From positions 39,122,001 through 39,186,000 of the forward strand of contig OX597834.1 in NCBI GenBank assembly GCA_951406725.2: a stretch of 64,000 nt of DNA, in the 5' to 3' direction. The DNA comes from Octopus vulgaris (lineage: Eukaryota). Shown piece after piece: positions 1 through 15,044 of this stretch. Position 1 is the first letter of the stretch. Every line of letters starts with the position of its first letter. A program made the translations under genes and the position numbers. The notes under the pieces were generated by a model. It made no database searches, had not been told where the DNA came from, and saw only the letters and a program-made list of their open reading frames with translations.

Positions 1-992
1 CATTCGTCATTAATTAATGACGGATCCTTGTGAATCCACGCTGTGGTCTTGCGCCTCTCTGGTGTCACGACCATCCTTTTTCTCACCGCTTTTCATGCCA
101 TTGGCAGTCGTTTATTTATGTAATGACCCTTCACGTCCTTTCTGACCAATCAATTATGCAGTCAGTCATTAACAAGTAAAATTTACTCACACGGAACGGA
201 CATTACTCGCTGGACATCGGTGAGGCTTCAGATCGTGTCCAGAGACACAAAAACAGAAAGCCGTTTAGCAACGAATGCAAGCCGGACGCTCGCACCACAC
301 ATCGTTTGACCTCGCTGAATTTACAATTCGTCGTTTATACCAACAAATTGTCGTCCTTTATCATCCCATAAGGTCAATAAAATGCTTTCATACGCCATTT
401 AATGTCCAGATGCTGTAATGCCATATAACGGTTTTATGTTTGTTCTTCATCCCATCCTTCCTCCCACTTACAATTACACACAGATACCCTCTCTCCCTCA
501 CGCTCCTCCTTCACTCTCTCCTCCTTTCTCTCCTCATCTCTGTCCCTCTATTTCCATATTCACACCACACCACAATCTCATTCTGTTCCGTTAATGTATT
601 GTCCAACATGACTGGTTTGGCATGTTATTGGCGGTAATGACATCACCACTAACGCCATTGCTGGACAATGGGCTTTCTCCCATCTTCTCCTTCCTCTCCT
701 TTAACATCTCCTTCTCCTTTATCTTCTGATGGCATTTCTTATATATTTATTTGTTTGGCCATTTGTTTATTGGTTTGTTTGTTTGTTTGGTCATTTCTTT
801 CTTTATTTGTTGTCCTTTGCTTTTACGAGCATCGTTTTGTAGTCATGTATGTCATCGGGGTTTATGGCAAGCAATCAATCAACTCTCTCCTCCATCTTCT
901 TTTTGCTTGCTATTATTGACCAGCTCTGGTAACAGACTTTCCCACCAACGCATACATACATGCATACATACGTACGAATTAACACACACACA

Positions 993-1036
<44 letters not shown>

Positions 1037-1144
1037 CACACACAAACACACACACACACACACACAGATAGATGTGCTTGAGTGTATGTGTATATACACG
1101 CACACACACATACATATAGTGAGATGCGCAAAAATACGTGCGTG

Positions 1145-1194
<50 letters not shown>

Positions 1195-1589
1195 TATGCA
1201 CAGCCACATGTATATGTGCATGTTTGTGTGTGTATGTGTGTGAGAGAGAGAGAGAGAGAAAAGAGAGAGGGATAAAATGTGGGAAACATAAAAACATGTT
1301 ACATATATATGTATTATAATAAATATAAATTTAAACGTATTTGTTATGTACTTATGTGGAAATACAGGCCTGTATGCATTTATATATATATATGTGTGTG
1401 TGTGTATATATCTCTGTATTATCAAAATATTTATGTAATTTACGCTCTAGCGCTCCATGTATATTCATTTATCGATCGTTTTCCCAAACTGTTACGGAAA
1501 AATGAATACATATTGATATATTTCGAAAAATATCTCTTTGTGTGTGGATGTACGTTTGTGTTTGGGTCTATATATGTATGCATGAGTCT

Positions 1590-1646
<57 letters not shown>

Positions 1647-1944
1647 TGTATGTGTGTATGTGTGTGCGTAAAGCTCTCCAGTTGGAGAAACACTTCGTTA
1701 AGCGAATGAAAATTGTCAGTGTATTGTATGGCCCATGTGTGTGTCTAGTTACCATGTAAAATAACTCCTCAAGGCTTAATATCTAAATTTATATCATCCA
1801 GAAGGCCCCCAGTAGTTATTTACACTTACAATGAAGTTTTTTTCTGTTATGTATATATATATATATACGTGTGTCTGTATGTGCATGTGAGCGTATATGT
1901 GTGTATTATATATATGTATGCATGTATGTATGTATGCATATATA

Positions 1945-2035
1945 GGCGCAGGAGTGGCTGTGTCCCACTGCGTGGGCCAACCAGGTCCTTGTGACCGAAT
2001 TTGGTAGACAGAAACTGATAGAAGCCCATCATACG
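1945..2035 (+). mobile_element. SINE family B, internally deleted copy
   Basis: ggcgcaggagtggctgtg...gtcccactgcgtgg...ttggtagacagaaactgatagaagccc, matching the family B copies at 14323-14472, 25318-25458 and 63463-63550. Confidence 0.7.
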
Positions 2036-2053
2036 TATATATATATATATATA

Positions 2054-2267
2054 GTAAATCCCCCAAAAAGAACAACAAACACAAACACAAAAATGCAACA
2101 ACACGAGGATGTGGTACATGTAAAGTATTAGCAGACGCTCAGGGAAGGAAAGAAAGATGGTTTAACGTTTCGAGCAAAGCTCTTCTTCAGAAACATAGAA
2201 AAGTCCCAAAAAAAAGGATGAAGGACGAATAAATTCCTCCAACGATTCACATGTGGTTACATTTTGC

Positions 2268-2270
<3 letters not shown>
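2054..2270 (-). mobile_element. ~217 bp non-coding element inserted in (TA)n, carrying the hammerhead motif
   Basis: Non-repetitive island with (TA)n on both sides. Homologous to 35082-35278 (shared gtattag..acgctcagg..acgtttcgagc..gctcttct.cagaaa). Confidence 0.65.
2157..2196 (-). ncRNA. Minimal type I hammerhead ribozyme motif (Penelope-like-element pLTR type)
   Basis: The minus strand reads AUGUUU-CUGAAGA-A-GAGC-UUU-GCUC-GAA-ACGU-U-AAAC(C)AU: stem I GUUU/AAAC, CUGANGA core, 4-bp stem II, GAAA and a palindromic ACGU stem III. Confidence 0.7.
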
Positions 2271-2340
<70 letters not shown>

Positions 2341-3104
2341 CATACATACACACACACGTATATATATATACAAGTATATACATAAATGCATATATTACAA
2401 ATATCTATATATGTGTATAATATATATATACACACACACACAAAGCATTTGCAATCTACTTTGCCTCTCTCTCAGTCTATATATTTATCAACATTATATT
2501 GTTTCTACTTATCATTTCGAAACCTCATAGCTTCTGCATGTCTCTCTTTTCTATACACACTCACTCTGTGTGCAAGAGGTCAACATCTGGGTATTTATGT
2601 GCGTCTACACGAACAACTTCAAGAGCACTTAAAGCACACGTGACCATACACACACGTGCTCGCACACGCACACATACACACATGTATATGTCATTTATGC
2701 ATACAAACTGTGCATCGAGTAGCTGCACTATAGATAACATTATACATACCATTTCATATCATTTTCTTATCAACACGTTCGTCTACCTTAGCTTAAACAG
2801 AACACTGCACTTGTCACAATATATACAGTACCGCATGATGTCTAAAGTCTATGAGTATATGCATACATACTTAAAGATAAGTATATGCAATATATACCTG
2901 TATATATAAATATATATATATAATATATATATATATACATATATATACGCATATATATATACACATACATATATATACACACACATATAAATATGTATAT
3001 GCATATACATATATATATGTATATACATATATGTATATGCATATATATATGTATATATATATATATGCATATACATAATTATATATATATGTATACACAC
3101 ACAT

Positions 3105-3172
<68 letters not shown>

Positions 3173-3211
3173 GGATAAATATATATATATGTGTGTGTTT
3201 GTGTTTGTGTG

Positions 3212-3263
<52 letters not shown>

Positions 3264-3629
3264 AATAGGGCGTGGCTGCATGGTTTGTTTTGGGCATTTC
3301 TCGAAGGCTGCTTATCCCGAAATATTTTTTTCAAGCCAATATTTACATATTATTTGCCCTATACTCCGAGCAATAAGCATGATTTAATAATTATACGACT
3401 TAAACGTGAGCTACTTCAGGTTTCATGCTCAGGTGTTAGTGCAGTTGTCTAACTGTGTCAAACTTTTTACATAGTAAAAATTAATAACTGTGTACTCTAA
3501 CTAAAATCATTAAGAAACATTTTCAATATCGTGTAGTTTAGATATAACTTTAACTTTTCATTAAAATAAGCATTAGTACATACGTATGTGTGCATATGTA
3601 TATATAAATATATATATATATACATATAT

Positions 3630-3683
<54 letters not shown>

Positions 3684-3963
3684 ATCTCTCTCTCTCTCTG
3701 TATATATATATATATATATATATATGAGTGTTTATATGTTTCTATACTTTGTATTATGTGGCCTTTTTTCAACAAGGTCATGCTATAACAATTTTTTCGT
3801 CTGACTTCTTTCATATTGCGGATTAAGACGATCACCTGATCTTCACACACTCACACACACACACTCACACACACACATACACACACACATACACACACTC
3901 TATCAAACTCTTTCTCTCTCTCCCTGTCTCATTTTCTCTCTCACACCCACACTGTCTTCCTCG

Positions 3964-3995
<32 letters not shown>

Positions 3996-4011
3996 GGTTC
4001 ATATATCTTAT

Positions 4012-4050
<39 letters not shown>

Positions 4051-4192
4051 CATATACACACATATAAACACACATGTATACATATGTATATATATGTGTG
4101 CATATATACATATATGTATGTATATATATATATATATATGTATATGTATATATATATGTGTGTATATATATATATATATGTATATGTATATA

Positions 4193-4223
<31 letters not shown>

Positions 4224-4244
4224 CATATATTATATATATATATG

Positions 4245-4300
<56 letters not shown>

Positions 4301-4417
4301 ATATATATATATGAATGCCTCTCTGTAAGTTAAGATTCCTGTGTTGGGAGTAACACATCTGGCTAAGTGACACGTTTAAGTGTGTGTGTGTGTGTGTATA
4401 TCTGTCAGTCTTTTGAA

Positions 4418-4448
<31 letters not shown>

Positions 4449-4900
4449 TCACACACACATATGTACATATGTATGTATGCATGCATGTATGTGTATGTCA
4501 TATACGGGGGTAGAGTGTGATAATACATGTGTGGGCCGGGCCTTAAGTAGACTATAAGATAGAAAGAGGCGGCATTTGTAAATAGTCCCGGCTATCAATT
4601 AAAACCGAACCAGCAAATGTGACAGTTGAAGAATATTAAGAGCCGAGTATTACTTTGTAACTGGGTGTGACATTTGTCAGTAAACCGCTATATATCCACC
4701 TGCTATTGACATTTGCCAAACAATTATGTACACACACACACACACACACACGTATATAGATATCGTGTATGTATGTATGTATTTATGTACCTACTTTGGG
4801 TATAGATTATAGATTAGAGAGAAGCCATCTCACAATGTAGCCATTTCATCTTGTATGGAAGAGCTAATTCATACAAGGTAATTCTAGTGTATCTGTTATC

Positions 4901-5036
<136 letters not shown>

Positions 5037-5071
5037 TGTATATATACATATATATATATACATATATATAC

Positions 5072-5108
<37 letters not shown>

Positions 5109-5444
5109 TACATAACATATATATATATGTATATATATATATATACATATATATGTAAACATTAAATTATATATATATATGTTATCTATTTATATAGTTA
5201 TTTTGTTAGATAGATAGATATACATACATTTATGTATATATGTATATATACGTAACGTATATATATATATAAATGTATATAAATGTATATATATATATAT
5301 GTATTGCCATACATGTACACACACACAGACACACACACACAGGTACACACAGATATATATATACACACACACGTAATTTTCTTCAAACGTCATTCGCAAA
5401 AAACAAAAAGTCTTTATTATCTGTGTTTACAAAACATTGCTCAG

Positions 5445-5615
5445 TGGCATTTCTCCCGGTTCTTTACATTATATGTTGAAACCCAAAGTTCAAATCTTTG
5501 CCTTTCATCCTTTGAGATTTTGACAACAAAATAAAGTACCAGTGGAATACTGAGGTCGATGTAATCGATATGCCTTTCTAAGATTGCTGGCCTTGTATCA
5601 GGGACTCGAAACCAT
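5445..5615 (+). mobile_element. Decayed SINE family A copy
   Basis: Contains ctttgcctttcatcctt...aaaataaagtaccagtggaatactgaggtcgatgtaatcga, the family A body. Confidence 0.65.
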
Positions 5616-5699
5616 TCGTTTTGCAATCATTATCTCCATTCACATTTTCATCAAGATTATCGTCCTCCTCATCATTATCTACCTCTTCATTAAACACAT

Positions 5700-5908
5700 G
5701 ACCGTCAATATCATGATGATGATCATCATCGTCAATGTCATCGTCGTCGTCGTCATCACCACCATCATCATCATCATCATCATAATCGTCATCATTACCG
5801 CCATCATCATCATCGTCATCATCGTCGTCATCGTCGTTATCGTCGTCATCGTCATCGTCATCATCATCATCATCGTCATCGTCATCACCGCCATCGTCAT
5901 CATCGTCG

Positions 5909-5967
<59 letters not shown>

Positions 5968-5997
5968 GTCATCGTCGTCGTCGTCGTCGTCATCAAT
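5700..5997. repeat. (ATC/GTC)n trinucleotide tract
   Basis: Direct reading. Confidence 0.95.
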
Positions 5998-6228
5998 ATA
6001 TGAGAGCTACAAATCCCAATTCTTTTCTTATATGTATACGGGAAAGTAACAACGTCGCAATCTTTCACAAACTTTGAATGCCAATCGACAAGTCATGTTA
6101 TTAAACATATGGTCACGCATGCGTAGTCAGAAGAAATTCAATTTACAAGCATCCACCAGCCTCACGCTATGCAGAAGTGGAACGGTGAAAGCCGCTTACC
6201 TCCACCGACGATACACACATATATATAT

Positions 6229-6885
<657 letters not shown>

Positions 6886-6987
6886 TGCCACCTTAAGCGA
6901 TCTGTGGAACCACAGCTAAGTGGCATCGTGGGTGGGCTGGAGCTTGCTAACAAGGAATATATATATATATATATATATATGGATATA

Positions 6988-7049
<62 letters not shown>

Positions 7050-7525
7050 TCCATGTATCCTTATCAAACCTAAGGATCTATAGCCGTCTCAAGGATTTGT
7101 TCTGAGTTCATATTAATGTTACATTCTTTTGAAAGGAACCATAGTCATGGCCTTGTATCAATTTTAAAACAGAAATAAGTAGTAGTAGTAGTAGTAGTAG
7201 TAGTAGCAGCAGTAGTAGTAGTAGTAGTATTCGTTAGTATATATATCAGCGAAGTTGATAAATTGTGATAAGTTCTTAAAAGTATCGTTTATGTATGTGT
7301 ACGCGCGTGCGTATGTTCATATGTATAAGTGTGTGTGTGTGTATGTGTGAATGTGTGTATGTGTGCACGCTTGCGTATGTGTATGTGTGAATGCATATAT
7401 AGATACATACCTATATGCATACCTATATATGTCAATGTGTGAGTTGTGAAGTATATTATATAAAAATATATTTTAGAAAAACTGGGACTGTGAACTTTTA
7501 AAATATGTATGTATGAATATATATA

Positions 7526-7590
<65 letters not shown>

Positions 7591-7769
7591 AGCTAGATAG
7601 TAGGTATATATATATATATATATAGACACACTCATATGTTTGTGTGTATATCGTCAGTGATATTCAAGTGAGTCAAGAGGTGAAATATCGGTCATGGTCA
7701 ATATCTTTTAATATACGGATACACCATACATACATACATACATCATACATACATACATACATACATACA

Positions 7770-7805
<36 letters not shown>

Positions 7806-8630
7806 TATGTATACGCGCACGTACATATACACAGACATACGTGTGCCTGTGTGTATGTGTGTTTATGTGTCTCTATGTAAAGATAAAGACTCAAGTAGAA
7901 TTAAGGATAACACACAATCTCACTGTAATATATGTCTACTCAATCTGTATAAGAGTTCCCTAATATTGCTAGTGTTCCTTTCTTTCAGAGTCGTTCATTA
8001 TCTCTCCATTCACTCACATGTATATATCTAGAAATATATAGGTATAGATACATACATACCTATATATATATACTCACATATATATATATATATACATGGA
8101 CGTACATACGTATATGTAATGTTACAGGAAAATACAGTGTTTGTAAAATCTTACGTGTATTTCATTGACAAAAAGTTGATCGTTATTTACGTAAAGTGCA
8201 TTACATTATCAGAATTCACTGTCAAGCCTTCAGAGATTCGTAAGCGTACATAATGTTGTATAATGAAACATAAACAATTTCTCACGGATTGTTCGGTTTG
8301 TTTATTTTGTAAAAGTTATGAAAATCCATGGAAGGGTATACACAAAATATTCAATAGTTCTAGGTACTCTTTATCGTGCATTTTAAGTTTCAAATTGCAA
8401 TACACACACACACACATACACACACGTATACACATACAAACTTTTCGACTAGAATACAGCCTAATTAACGTGTAGTTTGTTTCCACAAGGGTCTCCATAT
8501 TTGAGAAAAAATACCACAAAATGCTTTTCTGTAATGTCAAACATTGTCAATCAGTGTCTGTCTGTTTGTTTGTCTGTCTGTCTGTCCGTTTCCACTGTCT
8601 ATCTGCTCACGTATTTATGTTTGCCTATCA

Positions 8631-8665
<35 letters not shown>

Positions 8666-8765
8666 TTCTCTCTCCCCCTCACTCTCTCTCTGTATATATA
8701 TGTATGTATATATGTATGTATATGTATGTATATATATGTATATGTATATCTATCTATCTACATAT

Positions 8766-8810
<45 letters not shown>

Positions 8811-8869
8811 TCCATATATGCATATATGCATACATATATGTATATATACACACATGTATATATATATAC

Positions 8870-8905
<36 letters not shown>

Positions 8906-8975
8906 GCATCCATATATGCATATATGCATACATATATGTATATATATATATACATGTATATATATACATATATAT

Positions 8976-9015
<40 letters not shown>

Positions 9016-9019
9016 AATA

Positions 9020-9051
<32 letters not shown>

Positions 9052-9379
9052 TGCATGATTGTGTATGAACAGAGTTATCTCGGTAGAGATAAGAGACAGA
9101 AAGAGTCAGATAGACAGGGAGGAGGAAAAAACAAAAAGACAGACAGACAGACAGAGAGATCCAAGCAAAGAATTTGGAAACGGTAAACACAATAGCCTGG
9201 CTTTTCTATCTTCTTTCACTAGCTTATTGTTAGTTTGCATTGTCTTTCTCTCCCCCACCCCACCCCACCCCACCCCCACCCCTCCCCCCTCTCTCTCTCT
9301 CTTGGGCTTGTTTTTCTTTCTTTACTTTCTCATATTTTTCCTATTTTTTCCTCTCTTCCTTCTTGTTCTAAACCGGAAT

Positions 9380-9472
9380 TTCAAAGATCAAAGACGAAGG
9401 TGAGATGATAAACATTCCTTCCTACCTGAATCATCGGATCGTTGTTTACTCCTTTAATTACACAGGCCGCCA
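9380..9472. promoter_or_regulatory. Candidate Wnt/TCF-responsive element
   Basis: Overlapping TTCAAAG (9380-9386) and AGATCAAAG (9385-9393), plus TGTTTAC (9443-9449), TAATTA (9455-9460) and helper-type GCCGCCA (9466-9472), in a unique island. Confidence 0.35.
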
Positions 9473-9639
9473 ATATTAATGGTGTTTCGTCAAAAAAACT
9501 GTTTTGCTAATGCATTAGTATGTTAATCACATAACTCGAGAAATAGGAACCTATTCTGGCAGCCACTTACCTAATCACTTGTGTAAATACTAACGCGGAG
9601 TCACTGTACTGTATTAATAATTTAACATCCAAATACTTA

Positions 9640-9670
<31 letters not shown>

Positions 9671-9724
9671 ATATATATACATACATACATGCATACATGC
9701 ATACATACGTACATACACACATAC

Positions 9725-9759
<35 letters not shown>

Positions 9760-9774
9760 ATATGTCTATCTCTA

Positions 9775-9809
<35 letters not shown>

Positions 9810-9824
9810 GTATATATATGTATG

Positions 9825-9983
<159 letters not shown>

Positions 9984-10039
9984 GTGTATGTATATATATA
10001 TATATATATGTGTATATATATATGTATGTATGTATATAT

Positions 10040-10089
<50 letters not shown>

Positions 10090-10214
10090 GTATGCATATG
10101 TACCTTTCCAGGTAGCTACCTTCCTGTCTTGGTTGCTGGCTATTTAACCATCCATCCGTTTCTACATCCCTCAATTACATTCTGTGTTTGTATGTGTGTA
10201 TGTGTATTCGTGCA

Positions 10215-10247
<33 letters not shown>

Positions 10248-10415
10248 AATATGTGTGTGTGTGTGCATGTATGTATACACATATATATGTGTGTGTGTGT
10301 GTATACATATAATTATAATTAAGGGCACAGAAAGTAGAAAGAGATTTTCTAGCCTATATGCTGAAAGTAGACGCTATATATATATGCGTGTGTGTGTGTG
10401 TGCACGCGCGCGTGT

Positions 10416-10447
<32 letters not shown>

Positions 10448-10511
10448 TGACACACACACACCTTGCATTAACAAGCTTTCTGGATTAGGAATGATCTGGA
10501 TATAAACAACA

Positions 10512-10682
10512 CTAGTCGATTACATCGACCCCTATGTTTCCTTGGTAATTATTTTATCGACCTCCGAAGCGATAAAAGGCAAAATAGACTACGGCGGAAT
10601 TTGAACTTAGAGCGTAGAGACGGACGAAATGCTGCTGAACATTTCATCCAGCGCGCTAACGATTCTGCCATTTCGCCCCCTT

Positions 10683-10743
<61 letters not shown>

Positions 10744-11598
10744 GCAGCAGCAGCAGCAGCAGCAACAACAACAACTATAATATTTTTTTCTACTAAAGGC
10801 ACAAGGCCTGATATTTTGAGAGAGGGTACTAGTAGATTACAACGACCCCTGTGTTTCACTGGTACTTATCTTGTTGACCTCCGAAACGATAAAAAGCTAA
10901 GTAGACCACGGCGGAATTTGAACTCAAAACGTAAAACGGGCGAAATGTCGCTAAACATTTTGCCCGCCTTGCAAACGATCCTGCCTGCTAGCGGCCTTTA
11001 CCATCAAGTTTATCGGTCTGAAATGGCGGCACAAGGCCACCGATTTCGAATGAGAGGGTCAAGTGGATTACATCAACGCAAGTGTTCAACTGGTACTTCT
11101 TTTATCGATCCAGAAAAGATAAAAGGCTAAGTCGACTTCGGCAGAATTTGAACTCAGAACGTAGCGGCAGACGAAATACCTATTTCTTTACTACCCACAA
11201 GGGGCTAAACACATAGGGGACAAACAAGGACAGACAAACGGAGTAAGTCGATTACATCAACGCAAGTGCTCAACTGGTACTTATTTTATCAATCCAGAAA
11301 GGATAAAAGGCTAGGTCGACTTCGGCAGATTTTGTACTCAGAACGTAGCGGCAGACGAAATACCTATTTCTTTACTACCCACAAGGGGCTAAACACATAG
11401 GGGACAAACAAGGACAGACAAAGGGATTAAGTCGATTACATCAACGCAAGTGCTGAACTGGTACTTATTTTATCGATCCAGAAAAAGATAAAAGGCTACG
11501 TCGTCTTCGGCAGAATTTGAACTCAGAACATGAAGATATCAGAAATGCTGCTAAGCATTTTACTCGGTAAGCTAACGATTGGGCCAGCTCACCGCCTT
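10512..11598 (-). mobile_element. Cluster of tRNA-derived SINE family A copies (10512-10678, ~10790-10997 and a 184-bp-period tandem 11062-11598)
   Basis: Reverse complement of ggcgagctggcagaatcgttagc (A box)...gttcaaattccgccgaggtcgac (B box)...tttgcctttcatcctttcggggtcgataaaataagtaccag. Repeat starts at 11062, 11246 and 11430. Confidence 0.85.
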
Positions 11599-11874
11599 AA
11601 GCCTCGAATGTATGAGAATTACGCCACCTGAATTGTAAGCAGCCTCGGTTTCCGCCATAAGTAAAGATGGCGATGCCAAAGAACAGCAATTACGTAAAGC
11701 TGTGAAACTGGCGGAACACCATCAATGGCTGAATGTACATATATATGTTTTCCTTTACATGTTATGTACACTAATTAATATTGAGTGCTTTAATTTTTGT
11801 TCATGTCATCAACACTATATGTACAAATGTAAACATGTATGCGAGCGTGAGTGCGTGAGTGTATGTGTGTGTGT

Positions 11875-11910
<36 letters not shown>

Positions 11911-12194
11911 GTGTGTGTGTGTGTGTGTGAAAGTGTGTTTGTGTGTGTTTATGTGTGTGTGTTTGCGTGTATGTTTATCTACGTTTCTGATATGTATTAG
12001 TATTGTATTACGGCTTGCCCCACCCATTTGAGGTTTTTAAATGAAATAATAATAATAACAGTAATAATAACAGTAATAATAATAATAGTAATAATAATAA
12101 TAGCAACAACAACAACAGCAACAATAATAAAAATAATAATAATAAATACAACAGCAGCAATAATAATAGTAAAAACAAGAATAACAATAGTAAC

Positions 12195-12227
<33 letters not shown>

Positions 12228-12485
12228 AAATAGTTCCGGTAGCAGTGGAAAGTTGAGTATCATCAGATGACCTTTGGGGTTAGCTTACAATAAACTTTAT
12301 GAAACATTCCCTGATGATGGTGAACGTCGAGAGTGACTTGAATTCCCTAAAGATGACATTTTCGAAAAGTGTACGTCGGATGAATGGTGTCTAGTGCTGC
12401 TGCTGCTGCTGCTGCTGCTACTGCCATTTGTTGTTGTTGCTGTTGCTGTTGCTGCTCCTTTTGTGTGTTGTCAGCAAATAAACAT

Positions 12486-12535
<50 letters not shown>

Positions 12536-13330
12536 GCACATACACATACGCACGCCATGTATATTTTATACGTATATGAAAAGGCTTGTTTCAAACGTAG
12601 GATGTAAAATATACTCTTATTCTAGAAACCTTTACGCGTATCTTATTTTCATGCGTACCCATCGAAGGAGTGTGGGTGGCTCTTCCGAAGCTCTCGAGAG
12701 ATTTTTAAAAATTATATGAGTAAGGTCTCCTATATATTCTGACATCGCAGACTCAGCGAGTGGTCTTTTCACAGCGCGGAGTTGTAGATTCTGAGAGAGA
12801 GAGAGAAAGCGAGAGAGAGAGAGAACGATTGAGGGAGAGAGAGAGATAGCAGGAGGGAGGAAGAGAGAGAGAATGAATGAATGAAAGAAAGAACAAGGAA
12901 GAAAACAAAGAGGAGGGGGGGGAAATAATTGACTTCAGGACTTGACTGGTAATTTATTCTTCGACCCCTGAGAGATGAAAGGTAAAGTTGATTCCAGCGG
13001 GATTCGAAATCACAGTACTATATTTACGTACATGTACACATACACACACATACATACACATAAAAGCAAACACACACACGCATATGCATATACATAAAAG
13101 CAAACGCACACACGCATATGCATATACATAAAAACAAACACACACACACACATGCATACACACAGGCAAACACACACACACATATGCATATACATATTAG
13201 TCTATGTTCAGACGTTGTGAAACAAACGTTATGATGTATTTACAGTGCATTTCCTTCTTGCAGTCAAAGTTCCTTGTCTGACGATCGCTGCAACGTGAAA
13301 CTCGAATCCCAAAAACAAAATTCGATTTTA

Positions 13331-13371
<41 letters not shown>

Positions 13372-13839
13372 TGTGCGTTTGTGTGTTGTTCTTCTCTTTC
13401 CGTTTTATGATTTAGAGTAAATTTTGACCGGTAACCTAGTTGGTAGCTGGGTTACGAAGGAAAGCAACTTCTTTTAACCATCATCCTTTAAACCTTAAGA
13501 AGATCTTACAGATTTTCATAGTCCCAGTCCCAGATATCGTAATCATTTGTAGCATATGAATCAAGGATTTGCATTATCTCCACAACATCCCAAGGTCAGC
13601 CATACTTTGCTCCAGACGGGTTGGTGTGTATCCTATTGGTCCATTGATAATAGGTATGACGCTGAAAATGCTTCTTGGTTACTGGTTTCGCAAACTCCAC
13701 ATCAATGGTCCATAGACATCCTTTTCTCTCTCTCTCTCGTTGTCTCTCTCTCTATATATTTCTTATATGTACATTTATATATATATGTATATGTGTGTAT
13801 GTGTGTGTGTGTGTGCGTGTGTAACATTGTATGTACCGT

Positions 13840-14472
<633 letters not shown>

Positions 14473-14998
14473 CCCCCCACCGCAAAAAAAAAATAATAAT
14501 CCCAAAGACCCTAGATATTTACCTTCCATAGGATTTTACGTTGAATTTTTGTTTTGGTGTTTTCTTAATTTTGTACAATAAAAAAATATACGAAAGGAAA
14601 GAAAGAAACCCAAATAAAACGTTTCTGATACTGTATAAGCACCATTTTGCCAAACAACTCTGCCTTTTTTCTATTTTCTACCCTGTAGACTCTCGAAATT
14701 ATAGATCAAAGGTGTCCATTTTCTAATCTGATATGTCAAAATATTATGTACATTAGATATAGCGGCGTGAAATGGTGCCAGAGGTCTTCCATACAATTGT
14801 AAACATTTCACAATTTTTCCACTTTGTCTCCAGTCAGGGGCCATTTTGTATCAAGGCCAGCCACTTCTGCAGTTCTGCTTGTTATAGCCCCCACCTCTCC
14901 CTTTCTTCTCTTTCTTTTCCCTCATCTCCCCCCTCTCGCTCTCTCTCTCATGCACACTATCTGCTTCTCTCTGTCTCTCTCTGTCGCTCTCTCCCTCT

Positions 14999-15044
<46 letters not shown>

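Noticed and set aside
12311-12345. CTGATGA as another hammerhead (also ~18257, ~21036 minus, ~23372 minus)
   Set aside because: No pairable stem II followed by GAAA and stem III at the right spacing.
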